From: an uncultured Verrucomicrobiae bacterium
Lineage (GTDB): Bacteria > Verrucomicrobiota > Verrucomicrobiia > Limisphaerales > J093
Assembly (NCBI GenBank): GCA_963846445.1
Contig: CAWJWM010000027.1
Span: forward strand, 250,302 to 314,301
Length of the DNA stretch: 64,000 bases
Reading direction: 5' to 3'
Position numbers and translations under genes: made by a program. Shown one piece after another: positions 51,848-64,000 of this stretch. Numbering within the stretch: the stretch's first letter is position 1; each line of letters starts with the position of its first letter. A model generated the notes under the pieces. The model did no database searches. It worked only from the letters and a program-made list of their open reading frames with translations, and had not been told where the DNA came from.

Positions 51848-54800
51848 ATGCTTCCTTTGCTGGGCCGGACACTCCCCTGCCTGATCCTCGCCATGGCGAC
51901 ATCGGCGGGGGAACCTGGGCAGCCATCTTCGAGCTTCGTCTCGGGTGCACACGTCGATGTAGCGCCCTGGGGCGAACGCGCTTCCTGGGCGAACGGGCGC
52001 GACGCCGGCCTCTGGTGGGAGGATCCGCGGGACATTCACCGGTGGCAGTGACGTTTGCCGAGACTCCGCCGCCGCACGACCAGGCCAAACTCGAATGGTG
52101 GCAGTCCCAATGGCCGGAGCACCGGGTTCCGCGAGATGAACCCGCCGGCGCCGGCGAGTCCGGGTGGGGGCACCTGGGCGACCTCTATCAGGGCCGGTGG
52201 CGCCAGGCCGACGCGGACGTGCAGGTGGCGGGCAAGACCTGGACGTACACGTTCCGCCCCATCGACGAGAAGGAGTTCGAACGACTCGAGGATTTCAAGG
52301 CTCAGTACCGCACCACAATGCGGCTCCGGCTTCTGTTTTCAGGCCAGGCGCCCACGGTCGAGAAGATCGAGGCGTTCACCGACTCGGTCTGGCGATCGGT
52401 GGACGTTGGCATGGAATGGGGCAGTGGATCCGCCGGCGACCAGACCTGGGACGGACACCTCAGCATTTTCAATGGTCACGTCGAGACGCTCGCCCCGTTG
52501 CTGACGGGTCCTGGCAGGAAGCCGCGTCGAAATCACCGGGCCGACGCAGTGGAAATCGAGCGTGCGCGATGTGCCGGATGGACGTTCGTTGTCGGGTCTG
52601 GTTCGCCCAGAGTCCGAATGTGAACACGTTCGATTCGACCGTGGTGACTCTTCGCGGTGCGTCGGGCAGTTTCAGCTTCGACCCGGCGTCCGTGGCGAAG
52701 GGCACAACGATTCTGTGCCCGATGCACCACGTCGTTGTGGGACCCGCCGATCAGATCCTCCTCGAACACCGCAAGCGACGGACAGACGGCACGGTCGACT
52801 GGTCCGCCTTTCGGGCCGCGGCCGAGCGAGCCAAAACCAGTGGCACGCCCACCCTCTATGCCCGGGTGTTCGACGAACCGGAGCAATCACTCGCCCGTGC
52901 GCTGGCCGAGCAGCCGCCCAAGCACGGTCGCATGTACCTGCCCGTCGGGCTCGAGGGCGGGCGCCAGCGGTTTGGTATCGATCCGGACGGCTCGGTGTTC
53001 TGCGTCAACGACCGGATTGACGAACCGCCGGGCAAGGACACAGCGCGGAGGACTTGGGGCGCTCAGCGGCTCGACTACGACTTTGACCTGCCCGAGTCCG
53101 CCCCGACGCAGGCGCTGGATCGAGGACGATTGCCTGCCGATCCAACATACCGAATGGGAACACGAGGGCATCCGCTACAGTCAGACGGCCTTTGCCACGC
53201 GGCTGGACACGGGCGGACTGGGTTATCCGGACACGCAGGCCGACGACACCACGGTCCTCATGGTCAAGATCGCCGGGCGCAACGTCAGCCAGGAGTACAA
53301 GGCCGCTCACGCGGGACTGACGCTGCGTGCCGATGGCCGGCGCGTGCCGCTTCGCCTCGAAGAGGGCGTGGTCCGGGCAAAGCTGGGCGAGCGCGAGGTC
53401 ATCCGTGCCTTGATCGAAGGCCAGGGCCATGCTAACCCGCCCGAGATCAACGGCGAAATCAAGTACTTCGGGAACATGCCGCCCGGCACCGACGGCTTCA
53501 TTGTGGTGAAGATTCCGTTCATCACCCTCGACCAACCGGAGGAGATCGAGCGTCTGCGCAACCTCGAGTTTGACCGGGAATTCGGGCGAGTGAAGAAGTT
53601 CTGGAACAGCCGCGTTTCGGCGAGCACCCGGATCGCCACCCCAATTCCCGAGTTGAACCACTTCTACCGCGCCCACGTGTCGCACCTGCTCATCAACTGC
53701 GGACGGGAGCCGGGGGCGGATCGGCTGGCGGCGAGGGTTGGCGGTTTCTCCTACGGCGTGTTCGGGAACGAATCGTGCATGATGATCACCGATCTGGATC
53801 GCCGCGGGTTGCACAGGGAGGCCGAGCGGTGTCTGGACACGTTCCTGCACTACCAAGGGACCGTGAAACTGCCGGGCGACTACTCGGCCCAGGACGGCAT
53901 TTTCAACGGTGCGTTCGGGTGGGAACAGGGCGGGTACAACCAGCATCACGGCTGGATCATGTGGGCGATGGCCGAGCACTACTGGTTCACCGGCGACAAG
54001 CCTTGGCTCGCCCGGCACGCGGACAAGCTCGTCAAGGCCTGCCACTGGATCACGGGCGAGCGCGTCCGGACCAGGAACCTCGATGGCCTGCGCCGGATCG
54101 AGCGCGGCCTGTTGCCGCCCGGCTCGCTCGAAGACATCGGCGACTGGCGCTGCTGGATGTCCAATAATGGCTTTAGCTGGTGGGGATTGGACGCCGTGGC
54201 GCGCGCCCTCGATGACATCGGTCATCCGGAGGCGAAAGCCTTGCAGGCGGAGGCGGAGGCCTATCGACGTGGCATTCTCGAGGCGTTCGGGGAGGCGATG
54301 GTGCGATCGCCACTGGTCCCGCTGCGGGACGGCACCTGGATCCCGCAAATCCCCTCGGAGGTCCATCGACGCGGGCGGACGTTCGGCTGGATCACGGTCA
54401 CGCTCGAAGGGCCGATCTATTTCCTCCGCACCGGGCTGATGGCGCCCAACGATCCGATGGCGGCGCCGATTATGCAGGATTTCGAGGACAATTTGTATCT
54501 GTCCGAGCGCTACGGTTACTCGTGGGAAAAGCACGGGGCGCAGTGGTTCAGTCGGGGGGGCATCTCGATGCAGCCGAACCTGCTCTGCTCGCCTCATCCG
54601 TACCTGCTGCGGGACGAGATCAAGCACTTCCTGCGCGCCTACTTCAATGCGTTCGCTTCCTGCTACTATCCGGACACGCAGATGATGTGCGAGCATCCGT
54701 TGCCCGATCTCGGCGATTGGAGGGGCGACCACTACAAGGCGAGCGACGAGTCCAACTCGACCTACTGGCTGCGCCTGATGTTCATCGAGGACGACCGGGG

Positions 54801-55134
54801 CGACGAGGTGCTGCGGCTGGGGATGGCCCTGCCGCGCACCTGGCTGGCGGATGGCCAAAACCCCGCCATCGAACAGGCCGCGACGCATTTCGGTCCAATG
54901 ACACTGCGGTACGAGTCGAAGGCCACGAGCGGCTCGATCATGGCGGTTGTCGAGCCGCCGACGCGCCGGGCGCCGAAACAAGTCCTGCTCCGGTTTCGTC
55001 ATCCCGAGACCAAGCCCATCCAACGTGTCGAACTCGATGGCCGGCCCTGGTCAAAGTTCGATCCGGACAAAGAGTGGGTCGAACTCCCGAAAGCGGAAGC
55101 GGGACGTCCATGGACCATCGTGGCCTTCTACTGA
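51848..55134 (+). CDS. Large secreted protein with probable (alpha/alpha)6 glycosidase-like domain; frameshifted
   Basis: Signal peptide; Trp/Tyr-rich helical region (WAMAEHYWFTGDKPWL, GLLPPG); C-terminal beta-sandwich (ATHFGPMTLR). Confidence 0.6.
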
Positions 55135-55236
55135 ACTCACCAGCCGGTTCATGGGCAGTTCTCCAGCAGCACGCAGCTTCGTGAGCCTCTCAAGGCTTCA
55201 CTTCGTGAGCCGCTCGATGTCCGGGGCCGGTGGCCG

Positions 55237-56106
55237 TCAGTTCTTCCGGCGTGGGCCGCGGGCGCGCGTGATGTCCCGCATGAACTTCACGCTGGCGTCG
55301 GTGTTCTCGTCCGATCCGTAGCATTCGATCGAGACCACACCGTCCCATTTTGTCTCGCGCAGGTAGTCCATGCAGCGTCGGATGTTTTCGGCGTTGACGC
55401 CGCCGCCGACTGGGACGATGGAACTGCCGATGCCGGTCTCTTCGCCGCGGGCTGCTGCCGCCAGGTCGGCGCTGACGTCTTTGATGTGGCAATGGACGAT
55501 GTAAGGGCGGAGCGCCTGGCAGTATTCGAGCGGGTCGTGGCCGGCGATGAACGTGTTGCCGGTGTCGAAATTGCAGCGCAGCCACTCGGAGTCGAAATGC
55601 TTGAACAGGCGCTGCATGAAGTCGAGGTCGTTGGTGTACGGCCCGTGCGGTTCGACATTGATCACCACCCGGTAGTCCTCGGCCCAGGACAGGCACTGGC
55701 GATAGTTGTCGCAGGTGATCCGGAACACCTCCTTCCGGCTGAAACCGGGCGTCTCGAATGCGCCATCGACGGTATCGACCATCGGACACCCCAACTCGGC
55801 GGCGAATCGAATGCTCTGGGTGACATACTGCACCCCAAACGCAGACCCGTTAGGTCCCATCATTGGGTAAGACCCATCGATCTGTGAGACTTCCAGGCCC
55901 AGACCTTCCAGAAAGCGGCGGATGGCGCGCGGACTCGATTGCAACGACACGCCCGGGTCGTACCCCAGGGCGGCGATGAAGTTCTGGCCATGGATGGCCG
56001 CGAACTCGAGGTGCTTGAGGCCGGTGCCCGCGATCTTCTGACAGGCGCCCTCGAACCCGACGCTCAGGGGCCTCCAATTGTCGGTGTGCAGACCAAGGTG
56101 AATCAT
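55237..56106 (-). CDS. Sugar phosphate isomerase/epimerase (xylose-isomerase-like TIM barrel)
   Basis: INVEPHG, NFDTGN, HCHIKD, VSIE metal-binding motifs. Confidence 0.88.
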   Translation of the reverse strand: MIHLGLHTDNWRPLSVGFEGACQKIAGTGLKHLEFAAIHGQNFIAALGYDPGVSLQSSPRAIRRFLEGLGLEVSQIDGSYPMMGPNGSAFGVQYVTQSIRFAAELGCPMVDTVDGAFETPGFSRKEVFRITCDNYRQCLSWAEDYRVVINVEPHGPYTNDLDFMQRLFKHFDSEWLRCNFDTGNTFIAGHDPLEYCQALRPYIVHCHIKDVSADLAAAARGEETGIGSSIVPVGGGVNAENIRRCMDYLRETKWDGVVSIECYGSDENTDASVKFMRDITRARGPRRKN

Positions 56107-56160
56107 GGGTCTGTGCTACGCCGCGGCCCGCCAAGCGTCAATCCGATTCCGATCCGAAGC

Positions 56161-56287
56161 TCACCACGAAGTCACGAAGGCCACGAAGCCGAGCGACGGG
56201 GCAGAATGGGCGCTTCGGCTCTTGTCGCTGGAACGGCCATCGGGTTGGCTGAGCGCGGATCTTTCGTTCTTCGTGTCTTCGTGGTGA
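56161..56287. repeat. Intergenic palindromic element TCACCACGAAG...CTTCGTGGTGA
   Basis: Same ends as the palindromes at 17562-17680 and 19815-19933. Confidence 0.75.
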
Positions 56288-56364
56288 ATCCCAGTGGTTC
56301 CCAGACAGCTAAGGCGATACTCGGAGGATCGCCTCCGGGATTGCTTCCGACAGTCCGATGAGGC

Positions 56365-57625
56365 ATGAGTTTTCCGATCATGAACATTGGGAAGACACTG
56401 GTGAGCTGCGGATTGCTCGCGGCCGTGGCTCAGGCCCAGCAATCTCTGACCGAGGTTGAAACCAACGCGCTCGAGGCGATCCGAGCGCAGCGCACCGACG
56501 GCCTGATCGCCGTGCAACCCTGGACCCAACTGCTTGGCGCGGGCCGGTTGGGTGTGGGCTGGATCACCGCGCACCCGTCCGACGGGGTGGTGGACTGGAC
56601 GCAATCGGAGGCTGGGAACTCATGGCAGCAGGCGTGGTTTTCGGAGGACGGATTGCGTCAGGCATACTCCACCGTGCAACGCGCGATCATTGCCGGATAC
56701 GACCCGACGAAGCCGATTCGATTTCGGGCCCGGTCGCGCGCCATCACCGCGTTCAAACCCTACAGCGTCGCGTTCGGCGAGCCTGCGATCTCGCAGGAGC
56801 GCCGCTTGCCCGCGGCGGCACGCCCCAACGGCGCAGTGTCCTTCCTGGTGTTCAACGATATCCACAACCGGGTGTCCATGTATCCTGTGCTCACCGAGCG
56901 AGCGGGGGCTCCGGTGGATTTCGCGGTGTTCAACGGAGACGTGTTGAACGATCCGCAAACCGAGCGGGAGTTGACGGACTGCCTGCTCCTGCCGATGGCC
57001 TGGTTCGCTTCGAGGTCGATCCCCTGCTTCTTTTTGCGCGGCAATCACGAAACACGCGGCGCCTTCGCCCGACGACTCAAGGAGTACCTGGTCCTGCCGG
57101 AAGGACGGTACTACACCGCCATGACGTTCGGCGCCGCGCGGGTGCTGTTCCTCGACACGGGCGAAGACAAGCCCGATACAAGCGCGGAATACAGCGGTCT
57201 GGTCGATTTCGATTCGTACATCGACGAGGAGTTGGCCTGGCTCCGACGCGAGATTGCCGGCGAGGCATTCCGTCAGGCGACCTGGCGCCTGGTGGTGATG
57301 CACATCCCGCCGGACTGGCGCAAAGAGGAGTCCAAGCTGTGGCACGGCGAGCGCCGCGTGCGGGAACGGTTCGCTCCCCTCTTCGACGAAGGCGCGATCA
57401 GCGCGGTCATCAGCGGGCACACCCATACCCCCGACGTCATCGAGCCCTGTCCGGACAAGAGTCGCGGCTTTCAATGGCCGGTGTTCATCGGCGGCGCGCC
57501 GTCGATGGTCAAGGCGACGGTCTTTCGAGTCGACGCCGACGCGACGATGCTCAAGATCGCGCGTTTTGCCAGCGATGGCAGCGTCGGCGCCGAGCGACGT
57601 TGGACCAAGTCAAGGCGCGCGTCCC
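56365..57625 (+). CDS. Secreted metallophosphoesterase (purple-acid-phosphatase-like); 3' end approximate
   Basis: NDIH, NGD, RGNHE, DTGEDKPD, SGHTH. The long ORF tail past ~57.6 kb overlaps pbpC and looks spurious. Confidence 0.82.
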
Positions 57626-57628
57626 GGC

Positions 57629-59899
57629 TCATTCCACCGCGATCCGCACGCAGTCGCTCACTCCCCCGAGCGTGCTGCAGACGATCTGGTGCGTGCCCCG
57701 CTCGAGCGGCCAGAACAGGGGTTCGTCCGACACGCGACCTCCCGACGGGCCGGTCGTCGACGAACCAATGCAGGGGATCGCCCGCGCGGTCGCTGGCGGC
57801 GTCGAGCGCGAGCCGCTGGGCATCGACTTCGAGGTCCGGCATCCAGCGGTACGTGCTGTCCGCGCGCGGGCGAGCCGGATGCGCACCGAGTCGGCCGGCT
57901 CCGCCGGTGCCGGTGCCGCGCGCACGCGTTCAGGAACGACGCCACCGACGGAGGCCAGGCCGGCCTCGAGTGCCGCTCGCGATGCACAGGGCAGAGTCTC
58001 GTGCCGCGACACCTTCGCGATGGCCCAGTCCTCGATCCGATGCTCGCAATGCGGTCCCGGCGCGCAGCCGCTCTCGGCGCACACCGTGCGTGGCACGATC
58101 CCCGCCGGACGCGCGAACCACGGCCCTTGGTTGTCCGGATACAGCCGCCGCAGCAAATCCCACGCGATGGGCGTGGCGATCTTGCGCCCCACCAGATCGT
58201 CCGAGGCGGATCCGTCCGGAGTTGCCCACCCAGACGCCAATCACGACGTCCGGATTCCACGCCACCGTCCAGGCGTCGCGCAGACCCGCGGAGGTGCCCG
58301 TCTTCCACGCCATCGGCGGCAGGCGCACGTCGGCGGCATGTCCGGTCGTGTCCATCGCGCGCTCCTCGCCGCCCAGCATGTCGCTGATCAGCCAGCAGGC
58401 TTCGGGCGAAAAAATCGGCTTCGTCGCCGGCGGCGTCCGGCGGACTCCACGAATCGCGCCGGAGCCCAGGCGCCGCCGCGCGCCAGGCAGGCATAGGCGT
58501 TCGCCAGATCCAGCAGCCGCACCTCCGCGTTGCCCAGCACAAGCCCGAGGCCGTAGTGCGCCGCGGGCTTGGAGATCGTCGAGAACCCCAGGGTCGCGCA
58601 GGGTGGCGTAAAACCGTTCCTGCCCGACCCGCCGCTCGATCTCGATGGCCGGCAGATTCAGCGACAGCACCAAGGCGTCGCGCACGCTGACCAGCCCCCG
58701 GAAATCCAGCGAGAAATTGCGCGGATCGAAATCGCGGAAGCGCGCCGGCACATCGGCCATCACCGTGGCGGGCGTGACAAGCCCGCGGTCGATGCGCCAG
58801 CGCGTAGGCGAACGGCTTGAGCGTCGAGCCCGCCGCGCGCGCGGCGACCGCGCCGTTCACCTGTCCCGCGCGGCGCGCGGCGTAGTCGGGCGACCCCACC
58901 AGCGCGCGCACCGCGCCGGTCTTCACTTCGATCACGACGACGGCGCCGCCGTCCACCGGGCCGCCCTGCAAACTGCCGCCGCAGGATGCCTTCCGCCAGG
59001 CGCTGCAAGTCCGGCATCCAGCGTGGTGCGCACGTCGACCCCCCGCGGGAGGGGCGGGCACGCCGACGAGATCGCAGAAGTGCGGCGCGCGGAACGGATA
59101 GGTCCCGGGGCGCGCCTCCAGCGGCTGCGCGAGCGCCTCCGCCCGTTGGCGCGCCGTGATGAATCCCGCAGGCTTCCATGCGCTCCAGCACGTAGGCCTG
59201 CCGCTGCCTTGGCCCGCTCCGGATGCCGGTCGGGCCGCAGACGCGAGGGCGATTGCGGCAGCCCGGCAAGCAACGCCGCCTCGGCGAGGCTCAGTTGCTC
59301 GGCGCCCTTTGCCGAAATAGCGCCGCGCGGCAGCCTCGATGCCGACGATGTTGCCGCCGAACGGCGCGCGGTCCAGATACTGCGCCAGGATCTCGCGTTT
59401 GCTCAAGCCGCCGCTCCATCTGCAGCGCGCGAAAGGCCTCGATCGCCTTGGTCGGCAGCGTGCGCCGGCGCGGCTCGATCATCCGGATCACCTGCGTCGA
59501 GATCGTCGAGGCCCCCGACAGGCGGCGTCCGGACAACAGGTTCTGGGCTACCGCGCGCGCGATCGCCAGGCACATCCACGCCGGGATGCGTCCAGAAGCG
59601 CCGATCCTCCGCCGCCACGATGGCCTTCGCGATCCAGTGGTCCGGCTCAGGTTCGTAGCCCGGGCGGCAATCGAGCCCGCCCGCGGCCAGCCGCACCCGC
59701 AGCGGCTCGCCGTCGCGATCGGTCAGCACCACCGAGGCAGGCAGCCGCGCCAGCACGTTTCCTCGGGAAACGGCACCCAGCGCACCGCCGCGGCAAAAGC
59801 CGCGGCGCAGGCGGCTCCGGCCAAGACCGTCCGCAACGCCCACGCTCGTTTCCTGTCGGGGCCGCGTTGACAACGCGGTGTCGTTGCCGTTCGCTTCAC
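57629..59899 (-). CDS. pbpC: Penicillin-binding protein 1C; frameshifted
   Basis: EDRRFWTHPGVD, GASTISTQV, APFGGNIVG, GSTLKPF, SLN, KTGTS; directly downstream of alpha-2-macroglobulin with a GTGA overlap. Confidence 0.88.
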
Positions 59900-62800
59900 G
59901 GAATCACGCGCACCTGTCCGCCCGCGGCCACGCCGCGGATTTCCGGCTCGTACATGCCCGACACCGTCGACCGGCGGCAACGCATAGAGTGCCCGGCGTC
60001 ACCGCGCGCACGGCGTAGTGGAAGCTGGCCGTCGCCCTGGATCGGCCCGGTGAACACCAGCATCCGGTCGTCGCGCGCGTCGCGGTGCCGGTCGGCTTCC
60101 TCCTTCTGCTTGAGCCAGCCGAATTGCTGCGACGTGGCCAGATTCGGATTCTCGATCTCCCACCCGGCCGGCAGCAGATCCTCGATCACCAGTTGGTCGA
60201 GGCATCCGGCCCTTCGTGTCCACCGTCAGTCGCACCACGATCAACTCGCCCTGCGGCAGCTCGGCGGGATCGATCGGTTCGCCCGTCCGATATCGAGAAA
60301 TTCGCGCCGGATGGAGACTCCCTGCTCCGACGCCTCCTCGGGCGCGGACGAGACGCCTTCGTGCCGCGACCAACAGATACAGCTTGCCGGGGCCGTCGTT
60401 CTTCACCGTCACCGCGCCGCCCTCGCCCGGCGCCGAGCGACCAGGTCACGTCGTTCGTGCCCGAGAACGCGCGGACCGAATCCGTCCGGCAGCGTCAGCG
60501 TTCCGGCAAACGGCTGTTCCTCGGCGGGCAGATGCCGCGCCAGCTTGCCGAACGCCAGCAGCGCCAGGGCGTTGTCCTGCGTGTTGCCCCAGTGTCCGTC
60601 GCGCTGGCGGTCGCGCAGGTATTGCGCCAATTGCGTCACGGCTTCGTTTTCCGGATCCACGTCGAGCCAGGCGGCAAGCAGCAGCGCGGCGTCGCGCACG
60701 TCGCTGTCCAGCAGCCGCCCCGGCACGCGCGCCCGCGTCGCCGGCAGCACCATCGATTCCATCAGCGGCAGCGCCCGGCGCGGCTCGCCCGCCAGCAGCA
60801 GCGCGGCGGCCGCGTGCGCGCGGGCCGCGAAGTTCAGCCGGGCGGATTGCTCGCGCAGGCGCGCATTCCAGCCGGCATCCGGACGCCCGGCCAGCGCGAG
60901 GATGTGGCACAGATAGGCGCGGTCCTGCATCGCGACAGTCCAGTCGCTTCTCGGTGGCGTCGGCTGGACACCGGCGCGATCCAGCCGGCCGCGCACCCAG
61001 TCCAGCGCCACGTCGAGCCGGTCGGCGGGCACGTCGAAGCCCGCCGCCTTCGCCTCGACCAGGAAATGCACGGCATAGAGCGAGGCGTCCTGCGCCGACG
61101 CCGCGCGAGAACGGCCACAGCGCGAAGCCGCCGTTCTCCTGCTGCATCGACAGCACGCGCGCAATCGCCGCCGGCACCCAGGCCGACACGTCGCCGATCG
61201 CCCGGTCGGACGGCAACAGACGTGCCGGCCCACTCGCCGGCGTGCAGCAGCGGAAACGCGCCCGACACCGTCTGTTCGAGGCAGCCATACGGATAATGCA
61301 CCACGTAATCGAGCGCGCGGCCCATCTGGAGCGACGGCATCGCCGACATCGCACCCGAGACCGACAGCGACGCTTCGGCAGCCAGTCCGCCGGCGGCGTC
61401 GATCGTCGCGCTTTCGCCCGCCGCCAGCACGCGGTTGACGGCCTCGACGCGACTGCCCGCCGCCGGACGCACCGCCAGTTCGATCGTGTCGCGGAACGAT
61501 TCGCGCCGGCCTCGACCTCGATCGTGCAGAGCGCCTTGCCCGGGCCCGGGCCCGCCGCCAGCGGCAGCGCCACCTGCGCCGAACCGCCCGCCGGAATTTC
61601 GATCGTCTGCTCCGCGATCGTCCGCCCGCAACGGCCCGCCGCAGGTCGCGCGCACCTTGACCGTCATCGGCCGCCCCGCTCTCGTTGTGCAGCGAGACCG
61701 ACGCCTCGCACGGGTCGCCGATGGCCAGGAACCGCGGCAGCGCGGGCTGCACGACCAGATCGCGCTTCACCTTCACCGGCGTCGAGGTCGATCCGGTCTG
61801 CGCCGCGTTGTAGGCCACCGCCATGAGCCGCAGTTCCCCGCTGAACTCGGGCAGATCCATCTGGAACTGCCGCCTGGCCGTTGGTATCCAGCGGCAGCGC
61901 CGCCTGCCACAGCGCCACCGGCTTGAACCGGTTGGCCTTGATGGGATTCAGCCGCTCGCCGCAAGCCGTCCTCGCCGTCGCCGCCCGGCGCGGGCGCGCC
62001 TTCCACCTGCTCCTCGGTCACCGGCATCAGCTCGGCGTACAGATCGTAGGCGTCCACGCCCAGCGCCCGCTGCGCCGCGAAGATCTTCGCGGGATCGGGC
62101 GTCTCGAACGCCGTCAGCATGCAGATGGCCTCGTCCACCGCCATCACCGTCACCGCGCCCTGCGCGGGCTTCCCGTCCTCGTCGCGCACGGTCACCGTCG
62201 CCGGACAGCTTCGTCTGCGGACGCGCCACGGCGGGCGCGTCGAAGCGCCACCTGCAGGCCGTGGCCGGGCCGGTCCACCGGCAGCGCGATGGCGCCCGAT
62301 GGCGCGGTGCGCGCTCCAGACCGCCTCCGCCTGCGCGGGCCGGATCAGCGTCAGCGTGCAATACGCGTTGGGCGCATCAGCTCGCGCTCCACGGGCACTT
62401 CGATTTCGGCGGTGTTCTTGTCCAGCGTCACCACGCGCGCCTCGCGCACGCGGTCGGTCTCCACCGTCAGCAGCGCCGGACCCGGCGAACGGCGCGCGCA
62501 CCTGCAGACGCGCCGTCTCGCCGGGCACGATAGCGCTCCTTGTCCCACGCCAGTTCGACGCGGCCCGGCTTCTCGCGGCTCCACGCCAGCCACTCCGGAT
62601 CCGCCGAGCCCGCGTAGAACGAAAGGCGCGTCGAAGCGCCCGAGGCCGGATCGGCCGCCGCCAGCATGTAGTCGCCGGCGCCGTCCACCGCGAAGGCCCA
62701 GTCGTGCGCCTCGCCGCCCGCCGCCAGCGTGTCCTGGCGGATCTCGACGACCTGCCGCTCGGATTTCCACTCGTAGCGGCCGCGGCTGTTGCGCCGCAGC

Positions 62801-64000
62801 ACCGAATTCCACGTCACCCGCGACAAGCGTCAGCACCAGCGGCTTGCCCTCCGCCACCGGCGAACCGTCGGGCGCGACTTCGACCACGGCCACGCGCTGC
62901 GTCTCGCCCGCGCGCACCGCGCCCTCCCACGCCGGCTTCAAGCCCGACGTAGAACGGATAGGCATCCAGCAGCGACGTGCCGTAGGCCGTCACCGCCCGC
63001 CCGCTGGCTTCCATCACCGTCGCCTGCTGCACCATCTGCAGCGCCGCCGGCGGACGCCAGGCCGCGCGGCTTTCCGCCTCGAATTCCGCAGCGGCCATCT
63101 TCATCCAGCGTCGCCGTTCCCAGATTGCGATAGACGGACGAAAAGTCCTTTTCGCTCGTCGCCGAACTGCCATCCCGGCCAATTGGTCGGCGCGAACGGC
63201 GCCGGCCTTGAACGTCGCCGCTCCGCTCACCTTCAGCCCGCTCGCCGCGCGGCCGAACAGATGGCGCGCTCCGCACGCCGAAGCCAGCACGTCGCCCGCC
63301 TCGCCGCGCTCCGTCCGGCGGCTCCACGTCCACGCGGATCTGCGGCGGCACGAAATCCTCCAGCGCCACCGAGGTCTCGCCCCAGCACCGTGAAGGTGCC
63401 CGGCATCGCCAGTTCGAGCCCGTAGCGCCCCGTGGGCAGGTAGTCCGGCAACTTCGCTTCCGCCTTGCGCCGAGCCGTAGTCATCCAGTTCGACCGGGAA
63501 TGTCCTGGAAGATGCGCCCGTCGGGCCGCCGCACGCGCAGCAGCGCCGGGAACGGCTCGGGCGCGCGCATCTGGCCGTCGCGCACGAGCGCCTGCATGAA
63601 CACCGTCTCGCCCGGGCGGTACACGCCGCGATCGCTGAACACCGCCGCCTCCACCTCGCCGGCTCCAGGATAGCGCGCTCCCGCCGAGCCCTTCGCCCTG
63701 CTCCACGCGCGTGCCGGCTCAGATCCACGTAGGACAGGTCGCCCTCCAGTTCCGCCGTGATCAGGAACGGCTCCGATCTCCTCGTCCGCCGGCCACTCCA
63801 GCTGCGCCAACCCGCGTTCGTCGGTCGTGCCGCGCGCCAGCACCTGGTTGTTGCGCGCGAAGACCGTCACCGCCGCCCCCGCCGCGGGCTCCGCCGTCCG
63901 CAGCGAGTTCACCCAGACCAGCGCCCCGCCCCGGAACACCCGCGCCGCGATGCCCAGATCCGTCACCACCAGCAGCCGGCTGTCGCCGCGCGCCTGCTTG
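59896..64000 (-). CDS. Bacterial alpha-2-macroglobulin (YfhM-like), 5' part outside window; frameshifted
   Basis: VTDLG, DRGVYRPGETV, EDFVPP, LPEFSGELRLMAVA, thioester YPYGCLEQ, WGNTQDN, DLLPAGWEIEN, MYEPE. Confidence 0.9.

Noticed and set aside
56365-58611. 748-aa phosphoesterase with a long C-terminal extension
   Set aside because: The extension is the antisense frame of pbpC and is low-complexity Arg/Pro/Ala; probably a lost stop codon.

Overview
High-GC bacterial window whose gene content (giant lamin-tail/CotH surface protein, five tandem Cys-type sulfatases, many secreted proteins) suggests a Verrucomicrobia/PVC-group genome. Many long genes are broken by scattered single-base indels, probably uncorrected long-read errors, so several coordinates are approximate. 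The ordinary flanks (1-15.3 kb and 38.5-64 kb) carry a GHMP kinase, AmrS, TatD, sulfatases, CrtI, a PhoR-like kinase, PbpC and alpha-2-macroglobulin. Between them is a ~23-kb accessory island (15.45-38.5 kb) that starts at tRNA-Gly(GCC) with a deleted tyrosine integrase. Its most striking feature is seven co-oriented, partly mosaic relics of one phage tail-fibre-like gene, interleaved with unrelated cargo genes like linkers in a cassette array. The island also holds two integron-like cassettes with attC-like sites, a possible remote DGR target (FGE-sulfatase domain), a RAYT/HUH transposase unit with terminal inverted repeats, and an IS4 element nested in the same repeat. Across the window, modular stacked hairpin elements insert at CTAG/CTAA sites, and a mobile ~60-aa '...FYRV' module recurs in six secreted proteins.
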